DNA of 64,000 nucleotides from Callorhinchus milii (taxonomy: Eukaryota): positions 15,688,001 through 15,752,000 of the forward strand of contig NW_024704742.1 in NCBI RefSeq assembly GCF_018977255.1, in the 5' to 3' direction. Both the position numbers and the translations under genes were made by a program. This document shows positions 12,029-24,830 of the stretch, piece after piece. Below the pieces are notes generated by a model. The model did no database searches. It was given only the letters and a program-made list of their open reading frames with translations, and was not told the origin of the DNA. How positions within the stretch are numbered: position 1 is the first letter of the stretch; every line of letters starts with the position of its first letter.

Positions 12029-12399
12029 ATAATAATACTAAGCCTTACATTTGTTATAGCACCTAATCACTTCTTTGAGACGTCTCAAAGCACTTCACAG
12101 AATATACTATAAAGTAAATTGATTGTATATTTTGTGGGCAAAACTCAGCAGTCACTTGCACACAGCAGTGTCCCACAAATAGTTGTGGATTGCGTGTCCA
12201 ATTTATTTATTTTTTTGAAGGTATTATTACTCCCGGTAAAGCAATCCGCCAATCGACTAACAACTGGGTTCCTACTTACTGCTAGGTAAACAGGCATGTG
12301 GAGTAAGGAAACTTGCCTAAGGTTTCACCCCATCTGGGAATTGAACCCAGGTCCTCTCGCTTGCGAGACAAGTGCTCTAACCACTAAGCTACAGGACTC
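12029..12399 (-). mobile_element. tRNA-Ala SINE, long (older) subtype
   Basis: Same head and tail as the young family plus an extra internal block GCCTGTTTACCTAGCAGTAAGTAGGAACCCAGTTGTTAGTCGATTGGCGG. Confidence 0.85.
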
Positions 12400-12724
12400 C
12401 TTTTTATTGCTTTTGTGAAAGGCTGTAAGACATTCACATTGTGAAAAGCGTCAAGTGTAAATTGTTGTGTATAAACAATTAATATATGTATAAAAAATTC
12501 AGGCGGTTATGACTTTTCACATTATCTGGAAATGATTGTTTACAGAAAATAAATATAAACATCAAATGGTGGTGTTTTGATGTTTACATTTATTCTATTT
12601 ACACAATGTTCATGGGAGCTGTATGCCTCTTGTCACAGGTGCTGAAGTCATATTAAGATGGAGAGATGTGACTTGCGTGTCTCCTCTCTTTTCCTTACTT
12701 TCCAACTCGCCCTTTGTACTTTAG

Positions 12725-13130
12725 GTGTGCCTGCTTGGTAAGCAGAGGAAATATCCCCCTTCCAGTGAAGGAAGACTGGATGAAGAACGAACCCAGTACA
12801 TCAGAGGAAGACTCACTGGTGGGAAAAGTGCAGCAAATAATGAGATGACAGCTCCTGAATCACTACATTCTCATGACATGAAGCATTTTACCAGTGACAT
12901 TGGTGATATGATGGAAGAAGCATCTCTTCCAATCGATTCTTCTACATCCAGCAATTGGGTGGGTGGCTTCCAACCTAGAGAGAAGATAGAGAAGGTTAAG
13001 AACTGTGCTACATTACCCCGCGACTTTATTGATGGTGTGGTGCTTCATGTGGCAAATGCATTGCTGAATGCTAATCAGGACCACCAGGAAAAAAGCAACG
13101 ATGAAGACAAGGGTTGCTGGAACAAGGGAG
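12725..13130 (+). CDS. TRMT44: TRMT44 exon 9
   Basis: Polypyrimidine tract and TTTAG acceptor, VCLLGKQRKYP...WVGGFQPREKIEKVKNCATLPRDF...WNKG(G), GTAAGA donor. Confidence 0.93.
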
Positions 13131-14721
13131 GTAAGACTTCTGTTTTCTGCAGCAGGTTATTTTGACCTTGAACCTCCACAAATGTAATCNTTTTTTAGTT
13201 TGCACAAGGCAAAACTACTATTTACCAAGATGACAGAAATGTGAATTGTTATACCAAGATGAGTCTTTGAAGTCATCCAAAGTCATCTTCACCAACAAAA
13301 CAGTCACTCCACTTTATAGTATATCCTGAGAAGCTCTTTGAGACGTGTTGATGACATGATAAGGTGCTGTATCAAATGCAAGATTTATTATTATTTTAAT
13401 TGCACTCAGCTCTGTGTCCAACACCTTGGTACATCCTCCCGATGTGAAAGGTGCTTTATAAATGCAATTTGTTGTTAATATTGAGATGTCATTTGATTTC
13501 TCTTGCTTTCCTTTATTACCCAATTATCAGCCATCATGGTAACTGTTGGGAACTTGACAATCTTGATTCTTTGCTGGCTCACCTTTAAGTATTAACGGTT
13601 AGCTTTGTTGGGGTGCTGGGGCTATTCTGGACAAAAGTAACTTCAAAAAGTCAGTTTCTTCATATTCTGGCTCAGGCACCTAAGTACTGCCCCTAAAGAT
13701 ATAAGGACACTTGTCCTTCGGTGACTAACTACTGTACTACTGAAGAATGTCACACATCATAAGTGACATTTGATATGAATTAGTCACAAGATTATAAACT
13801 GATTTCCTTATATCTATAGATATTACTGAATTGCTGGGCCTGATGGTCATGGATATATTTAAATCTTCCAAGCCTTGATTGGTGTGCTTTTCTCTGATCG
13901 CATCAGAAGTTTAATAAAGAACCACTATTTCTACTTGACATATAATCTTTACAAAACGGAGGTTCCCAAATCTACCTAGTCTTCACCAAAGACCACAATG
14001 TCTTAAAATGCCTGATCGTACAGAATTTTAGAATTTTTAAGTTCAGTCTTAATTTAGAACTTCTAACTGTTTATTTTACTTCTTAAAAATAATTGTTTGT
14101 AAGACTCGGCTCCTAACTTGAAACTGAATTTCACAATATTCTAAAATTCTGCACAGTCTAAAATTTTCAAATCATAGTGTTAAGCCTATAACTGTAAGAA
14201 ATTTCTGAATCTTTGGTATGGTACTCGTAGACAGGAGGGCATGTTCTAGAAGCAGTGGTTTCCTAACTTCTTACCGTTGTGCAAGGTGTAAGAGAAATCT
14301 CTGAATGAAGTCAAAAGTAGGGATATTAGAAGTCTCAGGTATCCCTACTTTTGACTTCCTTCTGACACATCTTTATATGAAGAATGTTTAACAGGGTGAG
14401 TATGAAGTCTTTTAATAGAGCTATATTTGGTAGCTAGGTCTACTTTATCAAGAAGTTGTTCTGCTGCTTGATGATTGTTTGCTATATTTTTATATATGTT
14501 TGTTGGCACAAATTAAAGGGTTTTAGCCCAGAATTAATGCGATGTTTTATTAAGAGACTGAGGCAAATTTTCCATTGAAAGTGCAATTATGACACTTGAG
14601 TTTTGAAGAATACATTAGAATACATTAGCATACATTAGAATATACAGCACAGAAACAGGCCATTCGGCCCAACTGGTCTATGCCGGTGTTTATGCTCCAA
14701 ATGAGCCTCCTCCTGCCCTTC

Positions 14722-15258
14722 CTCAACTCTTCCCTCAACAGGCTGCAGATAATCCAGAACTCTGCAGCCCGTGTCCTCTCCCGCACCAAACTCCGTGACC
14801 CCATCTCCCCCATTCTCACCTGACTCCATTGGCTCCCTATCCTACAGAGGATCCAGTTCAAGATCCTGGTCCTCACCTACAAAGCCCTCCATGGCCTCAC
14901 CCCACCCTACCTTTGTGACCTTCTAATCCCCTACCAAACCTCCCGCTCCCTCCACTCAGCCGGCTCCAGCCTGCTCCACGTCCCCCAACCCACCCGCCCC
15001 ACCATTGGCGGGTGAGCCTTCAGCCAACCTCTGGAATTCCATCCCCCAATCACTCCGCCTCGCCCCCTCCTTAGCCTCCTTTCAAGTCCCGCCTCAAAAC
15101 CCTCCTCTTCGACTATGCCATCAGCCACCCCCCTTCTCCCCTCCTCCCTTCTCCCTCCCTGATCCCAGCTTGGGTCTGAAGTGCTGTACACTGTCCAGCG
15201 CTTTGGGACGTCCTCCCAACATGAAAGGCACTATACAAATGTAATCTTGTTGTTGTTG
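14722..15258 (+). mobile_element. L2 3' fragment inserted in the CR1 3' UTR
   Basis: [16 protein letters not shown]...LHWLPI coding remnant and GGGACGTCCTCCCAACATG...(TTG)n tail. Confidence 0.85.
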
Positions 15259-17604
15259 TCAAGCCTTCAAGCATAACCTTCTATTCCTTTCTCCCTCATG
15301 TAACTATTCTAGCTTTCCCTTAAGTACATCTATGCTATTTGTCTCAATAACTCCTTGTAGCATTTTCCATATTCCCACTAATCTTTGTGTGAAGAAATTT
15401 CTTCCCCATTTGATCTATTTGTGACTATTTTATATTGATGGCCACTGGTTTTGGTCTCACTCACAAGTGGAAACATCTTCCCTATGTCTACCCTATCAAA
15501 ACCTTTCATAAAGACCTCTATCGGGTCACCCTTTACCCTTATCTTTTCAAGAGAAAAGAATCCAAGTATGTTCAGTCTTTCCTGATAGGTATAACCTCTC
15601 AGTTCTGGGATCATCCTTGTGAATCTCCTTTGCACCCTCTCCAGCTCCTTTACAGTATTCTAAGTGTGGGCTAACCAATGTTCTATAGAAGTTTACCATA
15701 GCTTCCCTGCTTTTTATTTCTATCCCTCTAGAAATGTACCTCAAAGCCTGTTTTTTGTTCATGGCCTGATTAACCTGCGTTGCTACCTTTAGTGAATTGT
15801 GTACATGTACCCCTAGATGCCTTTGCTCCTCTAACTCCATTTAGGTTTTTATTTTCCAGGATGTATGTGACTTCCTTATTCCTTCTACCAAAATGTACTA
15901 CTTCACACTTTCTACGTTGAAATGCATTTGCCATTTAAATGCCCACTCAGCAAGTTTATTAATATCTTGCTGTAATTTGTTGCAGTCCTCCTCTGTATTA
16001 ACTACTCCCCCCAATTTGGAATCGTCCGCAAATTTTGAAATTGAACTGCTGATTCCTGAATCCAAATCATTAATGTATATTGTGAACGTCCCAATACCGA
16101 TCCTTGTGGAACACCACTGCCCACCAGTCTGAGTAGCTACCCTTTACCCCTACTCTCTGTTTTCTGGTTTACAGCCAGCTTGCTATCCATTCAGCTATTT
16201 TTCCCCTGACTCCACATGCTCTGACCTTATTTGTTAGTCTATTATGTGGTACCTTATCAAACAGCTTTTGGAAATCCAAATATATTTGGATTACTCTTGT
16301 CTACTCTTTCCGTTACCCCTTCAAAGAATTCATTGAGGTTTGTCAAGCATGACCTTCCTTTTTGAAATCCGTGCTGACTATTCTTTATTATGTTTTCCGT
16401 TTCTAAATGTTTTTCTATTACCTCCTTCAGTAAGGATTCCATTATCTTTCCTACCACCAGTGTTAAGCTGACAGGTCTATAGTTCTCTGGGGTTGTTCTA
16501 TCTCCCTTTTTAAATATAGGTATAACATTAGCTATCCTCCAGTCCTTTGGCACTACTCCCTTTTCTAATGAGTTATATATGTGTAATAGTGCCTCTGCTA
16601 TCTCTTCCCTCGATTCTTTTAATATACGCGGATGCAATCCATCTGGACCGGGGGTTTTATCCTCTCTGAGTTTCGTTAGTTTTTCGATTATATCTCCCCT
16701 TTGTATCTTAAATGTATTTATATTACTTTCGATCTCTTCTCTTCTACTGTCATGTCCACCTGATCCATCTCCCAGGTGAAAACTGAGGCAAAGTAATTAT
16801 TTAATATTTCTGCCATTTAGCCGTCGCGGCCTGGGAGCTTATCTTGTCCATCCCTTAGTGGCCCTATTCCTATTTTGATTTTTCTTTTGTTATTTATATG
16901 TCTGTAGAATATTTTACTATTTATTTTTATATTCCTTGATAATTTAATTTCATAATTCCTATTTGCCTTCCTAATTTTTTTTGATTGTTTTCCTGACCTC
17001 TTCGTATTTTTTTGGTCATGTTCTCCCTTGTTGTTTATGTACTTAGTGAACACCTCTTTCCTGAGTCTTAACTTTGCCCTTATGTCTTTATTCATCCTTG
17101 GTGTCATTATTATTAGCTTTGTCTTGCTTTTTAGCAAAATATATTTCTCTTGGACTCTATTGACCACTGTTTTAAATGTTTCTCACTGCTGCTCTATCTC
17201 TTTGTTTGCCAATATTTTTTCCAGTTTATTTTCCCAAGTTCCATTCTCATCCCCTCATAATCAGCTTTTTTCCAATCTATTACCCTGGTCTTTGTCATAC
17301 TGATGACCTTCTTAATCATTATCTTAAACCTTATTAAGTTATGATCACTATTGCCTAGATGTTCCCCTACTCGTACTTCTTTTAACTTCCCATTACCATA
17401 TCCAGCAGCGATTCCTCCCTTGTATTCCTCTTACATACTGGGTAAGAAAGAAGTTCTGTACACATTGAAGGAACTCCATTCCCTTATCCCCTTTATCTAC
17501 CTCTTCTAGCCAATTTATTTAGGGGTTGTTGAAATCCCCCATGATTATTATTCTGTGTCTTTTACTCATTTCCCTAATTTGCTTGCATATTTTTATATTT
17601 TGTT

Positions 17605-17722
17605 TTGTTTCGCCCCCAAATATACAGTCAATTCACTTTACATTATATCCTGTGAAGTGCTTTGAGACGTCTAGATGACGTGAAAAGCGCTACATCAAAT
17701 GCAAGGATTATTATTATTATTT
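17605..17722 (+). mobile_element. SINE 3' fragment inserted in CR1
   Basis: AAATATACAGTCAATTCACTTTAC...GAGACGTCTAGATGACGTGAAAAGCGC...(ATT)n. Confidence 0.8.
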
Positions 17723-18099
17723 CTTCCTCTACCTCTCTTCCACTATTAGGTGGTCTGTAGAGGACACCTATTTGTGTGAATGATCCCATCTTTAATCTCT
17801 ATCCACACAGATTCTGTTTCTGTCTTACTGTTGGCTATGTCCCTTTTTTCTACTGTCACGATATTATCCCTAACGAGTACAGCTACTCCACTGCTCTTTT
17901 CCCCATCTCTATCCTTTCTAAATATGTTATACCTTGCAATGTTTAGTTGCTAGTCCTGTTTTTTTTGTAGCTACGTTTCAGTAATCCCAATTATATCTGG
18001 TTCCTCACTACGAATTATTGCCTCCAGTTCTCCTGTTTTGTGTAAGTATGCACAAGAAGTTTGTGTAAGTAGGAATATGCTGGTCCAACCCAAAGGAAT

Positions 18100-18380
18100 T
18101 TAGTTATGAGAACAGAATAGGCAAACTGGGGCTGTACCCCCTGAATAGAGGAGGTGAAGGAGGGTGATCTGATCAATGTGTTTAAGAGAATTGACAAAAT
18201 GAATAAGACTTTTTCTATGGTTTTAGTGTCCAGAACAAGAGGATATAATCTAAAACGTAGGTTTAGACCTGTTCAAGATAAAATTAGAAGGCTTTGTTTT
18301 CAGAGTTGTAAGATTGTGGAATTTACTTCCTCAAAGACTGTTCATGTAGAGACGGGAATGTTTAAAGGATGATAGATAAA
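18100..18380 (+). mobile_element. Old CR1 3' fragment
   Basis: GDLINVFK...RTRGYNLK remnant typical of the CR1 ORF2 C-terminus. Confidence 0.6.
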
Positions 18381-18384
18381 TACT

Positions 18385-18640
18385 AATAACCCTTATATTG
18401 GTATAGTGCCTTATCACATTGAGATATCTCAAAACACTTCATCGGATACCCGGGCGAATATAGCAGCTGATATGTGCACAGCAATGTCTTACAAATAGTT
18501 ACGGAGTGAGTGACCAATTTTTGCGGGGGGATTGTTGGCTAGGACACCTGGAGAAACCCTATTCACTTTTCGAGCAGCGACACGGAATCTTTAACATCCA
18601 CCTGGACAGGCCGATGGGACCTTGGTTTAACATCTCATCC
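18385..18640 (-). mobile_element. Old Deu-domain SINE fragment
   Basis: Reverse complement contains GGATGAGATGTTAAACCAAGGTCCC...CAGGTGGATGTTAAAGATTCCGTGTCGC...CCAGGTGTCCTAGCCAAC. Confidence 0.7.
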
Positions 18641-19896
18641 GTAACTATCTACAATGAGTAAGGGTATCATAATATATGGAGAAAAGGCAGACATATACTA
18701 TTAAGTTACAGATCAGGTACGATCTAACAAAATGGTTGAGCAAGCTTGACGGGCCGAATGATCTACCCCTGTCTTTATGTTCCTAACACAAATTATGTTA
18801 CTTTTTCGAATGTTGAGGTGCAAACTGTCAGTCGAGTTTTGCCAATTTCCTAGCCAGTCCTAACGAAATGCATCATATTTTATTTGCACATTTTGCCAGT
18901 TGCACATTTTCCCTCTGCTGATTCTCAAACTAATAACTACAGAGCTGCAAAGCATGTTGCATAGAACTGCAAAGATTTGGTCATCAGGTAAAATCTTCAG
19001 CAGCAACTTAGATCGTAGAGGATCTGTAATTTGACAACATGCCTGCTTTTTCTCCATATATTATGATACCCTGATACCCACGTAGTAAACATTTTCGGAT
19101 GAGATGTTAAACTGAGGTTCCGTTGGCCTGTTTAGACACATTCTCTCTATTTTTAAAAGACTCATTCAAGGTATTTTAGCTAGTTGGTCTACATTAGAAA
19201 TCAGTTTTTTTTTACCTGCTGTACACATTTGTCCCCGAAAATCTGTTTTACTTTTGATTCACATTTTATTGATGAGATCAAATGCCAAACTACTGGTTTA
19301 GCACCTGTCAATATAATAGGAACAACGAGTCTGTGAAGCTTTAAATTTATACCAGAGTTCTCTGTTGTTCTATACAATTCAATTACTGTACATTCACTCA
19401 TACTGTGAACTGAATGTGCTTGACATGTAACCTTTCAATTCAGAATCTTGTGCCTGAATATTTCAGAAGTGTGCAATATCTAAAATAAATCAAAGCCAGC
19501 TAAGTCCCTACCTTTGACTTCATAAGTTCACACAGTGACAAATCTTTACACGGCATTGTTGTAGCAGAGTGCTCACGTAATACTTCATGTAATATTTTCC
19601 CTAACAACTCTCAAATTTATTTCTATCAATAATTTCAATAATAATATGCTACATACTTTCTACTAGGCTAAGTACATTTTAAATGCAGCATTTTTCTTAT
19701 TAGTAACTTCTTCTGTAATTCTAAAGGTCAATGTAGATTAAATTATAAATAATTAAAAGATCGCTGACAGTTACTGAAGTTTGTAGAATGATGTAGTTTG
19801 TGAAAGAAATCTGATGTTCATGAGAGATCAGGCCACATACTATTTTGAAATCTTGTTATTTGGCTTAAGGTAGTCCTCAATACTTTTTCATTGCAG

Positions 19897-20013
19897 GAAG
19901 TCTGCCTCTGAAGAATGTGGCAGGCCTTTTGGACAGAGATGCATTGCAGAGATTAAAGAAGGAATGTGGAGGTTTGAAGACTTTGTTGAGAAACAATTAT
20001 CAGGTATTTGAAG
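19897..20013 (+). CDS. TRMT44: TRMT44 exon 10
   Basis: TTGCAG acceptor, (G)SLPLKNVAGLLDRDALQRLKKECGGLKTLLRNNYQVFE, GTAAGG donor. Confidence 0.93.
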
Positions 20014-20357
20014 GTAAGGCTTACAACTTAGATTTTTCACCTGCTCTATCTAATTTGTTCCTGCAAGAAAAACTTCATTCTTTTGAAATGTCTGAACATG
20101 TAGCCCTACTTGTATGTCTATATATGTCTCTGTGTGACCATGCATATATTGAATGTATATGAAGATGAATCTTGGCTGTTATTTATGAACAATATATTTT
20201 TTCCATTGATAATCAATTTTCTTATTTACCGAACAAAAGTTTTTACAATCATCTGTTCTATTTACATTATCATTCCCACAAATATGATTTTTTAATATTA
20301 ATTAGACTATATTAGGTCTATTAAACATTTAATCTCACGACAATTCAGTCACTTACT

Positions 20358-21708
20358 ACAACAACAACAACAACAAAATTACATTTATAGAGCGCCTTTC
20401 ACATCGGGAGGACGTCCCAAAGCGCTGAACAGTCAGGTGTCGGAGCCCGAGCATGGGGAAGGGGTGGTATAGGGGTAAGGGAAGGCAGAGAAGTGGGAGG
20501 GCGACCGAAGGCACGGTCGAAGAGAAGGGTCCTGAGATCGGCCTTGAAAGAGGCAAGGGAGGAAGCGAGGCGAAGATGCCGTGGGATGGAGTTCCAGAGT
20601 GTGGAGGCAGAGAGGTTGAAAGCCCGGCCACCGATAGTAGCGCACGTCGGGTGGGAGACATGGAGCAGGCCGGAGCCCACTGAACGGAGGGAGTGGGCAG
20701 GTTGGTACGGAGTCAGCAGGTCAGAGAGGTAGGAGGGGGCAAGGCCATGGATGGCCTTAAAGGTGAGGACGAGAATCTTGAACTCGATCCTGTGGGGGAT
20801 GGGGAGCCAGTGGAGTCGGGTGAGGGTGGGAGTGATGGGGTCACGGAGCCTGGTGTGTGAAAGTACACGGGCTGCAGAGTTTTGGATGATCTGCAGCTTG
20901 TGAAGGGAAGAGTTGGGAAGGCCGATGAAGTTCCCGTAATCGAGCCTTGATGTGACGAATGAGTAGGTGAGGGTTTCGGAGGCCTGAGGGGTGAGGCAGT
21001 GACGGAGTCTGGCAATTTTGTGGAGGTGGTGGTAGGCAGTGCCGGTCATTGCGTGGATGTGGGAGAGAGAGGTCAGTTCAGGGTCAAACAAGACACCCAG
21101 GTTCCTGACTGGCTTAGTGAGGTTGAGTGTGCAGCCGTGGAGGCTGATGCTGCCAGCGCCCGAGGTGCCAATCAGGAGGGCCTCGGTCTTGCTAACGTTG
21201 AGTTGGAGAAAGTTGTTCCTCGTCCAGGACTTGATGTCGAACAGGCAGTCGGTCAGGATGCCAGTAGTCCTGGAGTTCAGGGTGGAGGCAGAGAGGTAGA
21301 GTTGGGTGTCATCTGCATACATGTGGAAATTTACCCCACGACTGTGGATGATGTCACCAATGGGGAGCATGTAGAGAGTGAAGAGGAGAGCACCGAGGAC
21401 AGAGCCCTGAGGAACACCGCACAAAACAGTGCGGGGGCTGGAGGAGAAGCTGTTTGCAGTGACGAAGTGGAAGCGGTGTGAAAGGTAGGACCTGAACCAG
21501 TCAAGGACAGAACCTTGAAGGTTGAGGTGGGAGGAGAGGCGGTGGAGGAAGATTGAGTGGTCCACAGTTTCAAAGAGCGGCGGAGAGGACGAGGAGGCAG
21601 AGGGAGCCCTGGTCACACATGGTCAGGATGTCGTTTGTAACCTTGACCAGAGCAGTTTCCGTGCTTTTGGCAGCACAGAAATCCGATTGCAGGGGTTCAT
21701 GGAGGGAG
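20358..21708 (-). mobile_element. L2 LINE, 5'-truncated (RT domain and 3' tail)
   Basis: ORF 20399-21616: [19 protein letters not shown]...[11 protein letters not shown]...LHWLP...[17 protein letters not shown]; (TTG)n tail. Confidence 0.93.
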
Positions 21709-22018
21709 TAAGAGGATAGGAACTTGGATAGGAAGGGGAGATTTGAATTGGGCTGGTAGCTGGATAGCTGCTATAGGTCAAGGGAAGGTTTCTTCAAGGT
21801 TGAAATCAACTTAACAGTTGAAATCCATATATAAATTTAAAGATTAATTAATCCTTTTGTACATTCACAAGTATTACATGACTTATTTTTCTACATTTAT
21901 GTTCCATTGCCCGACTCAGTGCTCACAGGCCTGCTGTGTATTCCACGATCCCTTCACGCCGCCATTGATGGCCATGCCTTCAGCCACTATCCCCTAATCT
22001 ATGGAACCCTCTGCCTCA

Positions 22019-24192
22019 ATAATAATAATCCTTGCATTTGATATAGTGCTTTTCACGTCTTCTAGACGTCTCAAAGAGCTTCACAAAATATGCTGTAAAG
22101 TGAATTGACTGCATATTTGTGGGTGAAACGCAGCAACAACAACAACAACAAGATTCCATTTATAGAGCGCCTTTCACGTCGGGAGGACGTCCCAAGGCGC
22201 TGTACAGTTGGGTTGGGACCCGAGCAAAGGGGAAATGGTCAGGGTGAGGGGAGGGAAGGGAGGGAGCGAAGAGGGGGGAAATGGTCAGGGTGAGGGGAGG
22301 GAAGGGAAGGGAGGGAGCGAGGAGGGGTAGAGAGTCGAGAGGGGAGCTGAAGGCACGGTCAAAGAGAAAGGTCTTGAGACCAGCCTTGAAGGAGGAAAGG
22401 GAGGAGGCGGCGAAGGAACTGGGGGATAGAGTTCCAGAGCCTAGGGGCTGAGAGGCTGAAAGCCCGGCCACCGATGGTAGGGCGGTTGGGGAGGGGGATG
22501 TGGAGCAGACCGGAGCCAGAGGAACGGAGGGTACAGGCAGGTAGGTAGGGGGATAGTAGGTCGGAGAGGTAGGAGGGAGCAAGGCCGTGAATGGCCTTGT
22601 AGGTGAGGATGAGGATCTTGAATTCGATCCTCTGGGGGATGGGGAGCCAGTGGAGGCGAGCGAGGGTGGGAGTGATGTGGTCCCGAAGCCTGGTGCGGGA
22701 CAGTACATGAGCTGCAGAGTTCTGAATGACCTGCAGCTTGTGGAGGGAGGTGGCGGGAAGGCCGGCGAGGAGAGAGTTCCCATAGTCCAGCCTTGACGTG
22801 ATAAAGGTGTGGACCAGGGTTTCAGCAGCGTGAGGGGTGAGGTAGTGCCGTAGTCTGGCGACATTCCGGAGGTGATGGAAGGCGGTGCCAGTTGTGGCGC
22901 GGATATGAGGGAGAAAGGACAGCTCAGGGTCGAACAGAACCCCGAGGTTCCTGACTGGCTTTGAGAGGTGGAGAGTGCAGCCTTGGATGCTGATGCTGTC
23001 AGCGCCTGAGGTGCGGAGGCGCTAACGCGAGCCAATCAGGAGGGCCTCAGTTTTATGCACGTTGAGCTGAAGAAAGTTGTCTCTCGTCCAGGACTCGATG
23101 TCGGACAGGCAGCTGTCAGGACATCGGTGGTCGTGGAGTTGAGGGTAGAGGAGGAAAGGTAGAGTTGGGTGTCATCCGCATACATGTGGAAGTTAACCCC
23201 ATGTCTGCGGATGATGTCACCAAGGGGGAGCATATAGAGGGTGAAGAGGAGTGGACTGAGGACAGATCCCTGAGAGACACCACACGAGACAGTGCGGGGG
23301 GTGGAGGAGAAGCCGTTTGTGGAAACAAAGTGAAGACGGTGGGAGAGGTACGACCTAAACCACTCAAGGACAGGGCCTTGAAGGTTGAGGTGGGAGGACA
23401 AGCGGTGGAGGAGGATAGCGTGGTCGACCGTATCGAATGCTGCCGATAGGACGAGGAGGCAGAGGGAGCCCTGGTCACAGATGGTCAGGATGTCATTGGT
23501 GACCTTGACCAGGGCAGTTTCTGTGCTATGGGCAGCACGGAAACCTGACTGAAGGGGTTCGAATAATGAATGGGTGGAGAGGAAAGAGCGCAGTTGGGAG
23601 GCGACAACTCTTTCCAGGACCTTGGACAGGAAGGGAAGGTTGGAGACGGGCCGGTAGCTTGATAGCTGCGACGCATCAAGGGAGGGTTTTTTCAAGGTGG
23701 GAGTGATGGTGGCAGTTTTTAAGGGAATGGGAACAGCCAGAGGAGAGGGACAGGTTGACGTTGTCTGTGATATGTGGGGCAAGGAGGTGGAGCTGGGAGA
23801 TAAGGAGTGGAGTGGGGATAGGGTCAAGGGAGCAGGTGGTGGGTTTCAGGGATAGGATGAGTTTGGTGACAGAGGGTAGGGAAACGGGTACGAAAGTGTG
23901 TAGGAGTAGGGTAGGAGTCGGAGTGTGGGAGGGAGGGGGTGGGGGGGGTGGGTGGATGTTGGAGGGGAAGTGACCGCGGAGGTAGGAGGGAGCAATTGCG
24001 CACACCAGTGTCCCACAAACAGTCGTGGATTGAAGTGACCAATTTATTATTGTTTTTTTTCTCTTGAGGGATTATTATCAGGTGTGTGAAGTAAGAAAAC
24101 TTAGTTTTGTTTAAGGTTTCGCCCTGCCAGGAATCGAACCCAGGTCTCTCGCTTGAGAGGCGAGTGCTCTAATCACTGAGCTACAGAACTCC
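22019..24192 (-). mobile_element. tRNA-Ala SINE (22019-22135 plus 23991-24192) split by an L2
   Basis: Both halves join into the family consensus at GCAGCA|GCAATTGCGCAC. Confidence 0.85.
22136..23990 (-). mobile_element. Young L2 LINE, 5'-truncated ~1.85 kb
   Basis: [63 protein letters not shown]-loop tail and (TTG)n. Confidence 0.93.
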
Positions 24193-24409
24193 TACAAGAT
24201 TCAATCCCTCTGCTTCACCCCTTCTTTACCTGTCTTTAAAACCCATATTAAAATTTACTTTGGCCATACCTCTGAACATTTCCCTCTCCTGTTTTTCTGT
24301 TGGCTTGGTGTTACAATTTTGCCATTGGATAGCATTCCGAGAAACAATCCTGTGTGAAGGATGTTATGTAAATTCAAGTTGCTGTTGTTGCTTTGAAACT
24401 TTGTTTCTC

Positions 24410-24830
24410 GTTCCCCAGTAATGCTCTTGCCTCTGAATAAGGTTGTGGTTTCAAAACCGACTTGAAACCATAGACTAAGTTGACTATCAGTGCTGTGAGT
24501 GTGTTGTATTGTCGAAGGTGCTGTCCTTCGGTTGAGACTTTAAACTGAGGTCCTGTCTGCCTGTTCAGGTGGACGTTAAAGATCCCATCGCACTATTTGA
24601 AAAGAGAAGGGAGATTCTTCAGGTGTCCTGGCCAACAAATCCCCCAAATACACTCACTCCGTGGCTGTTTGTGTGTCATTGATGTGCGCAAACTGGCTGC
24701 TGGGTTTCACCCACAAAATACACAGTCAACGCACTTTACAATATGTCCTATGAAGCACTTTGAGACAATGCAACAATATAATATATAATGCAACAATATA
24801 ATGATTCTTCAAAATCAAGAATTATTATTT
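24410..24830 (+). mobile_element. Old Deu-domain SINE
   Basis: GTTGAGACTTTAAACTGAGGTCCTGTCTGCCTGTTCAGGTGGACGTTAAAGATCCCATCGCACTATTTGAAAAGAG...GGTGTCCTGGCCAAC. Confidence 0.8.

Larger units (their letters stand above)
14628..18015 (-). mobile_element. CR1 LINE, ~3 kb frameshifted ORF2 (endonuclease to RT) with 3' UTR and 10-bp terminal repeats
   Basis: HPRILKE...VPKDWRIANVIPIFKKG...NYRPVSLT...QHGFQKGRSCLTNL; QRRFTRMIPELRG; tail GGCCTGTTTCTGTGCTGTATA followed by (TTCTAATGTA)-like repeats; interrupted by L2 and SINE pieces. Confidence 0.9.
21911..24390 (+). mobile_element. Old L2 3' fragment (21911-22020 plus 24201-24390) split by a SINE
   Basis: GGCCATGCCTTCAGCCAC...TGGAACCCTCTGCCTCAAT continues as TCAATCCCTCTGCTTCACC...(TTG)n after the insertion. 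Confidence 0.65.

Noticed and set aside
13190..13190. Single N that could hide a TRMT44 exon
   Set aside because: Exons 9 and 10 join in phase with a continuous Trm44-like peptide (WNKGG-SLPL); only the intron length is uncertain
20399..21616. 405 aa ORF as a functional reverse transcriptase gene
   Set aside because: 5'-truncated L2 lacking the endonuclease, with a frameshifted start and small deletions
22229..22320. Tandem ~45 bp purine-rich duplication
   Set aside because: Slippage within the low-complexity L2 3' UTR; not an independent feature
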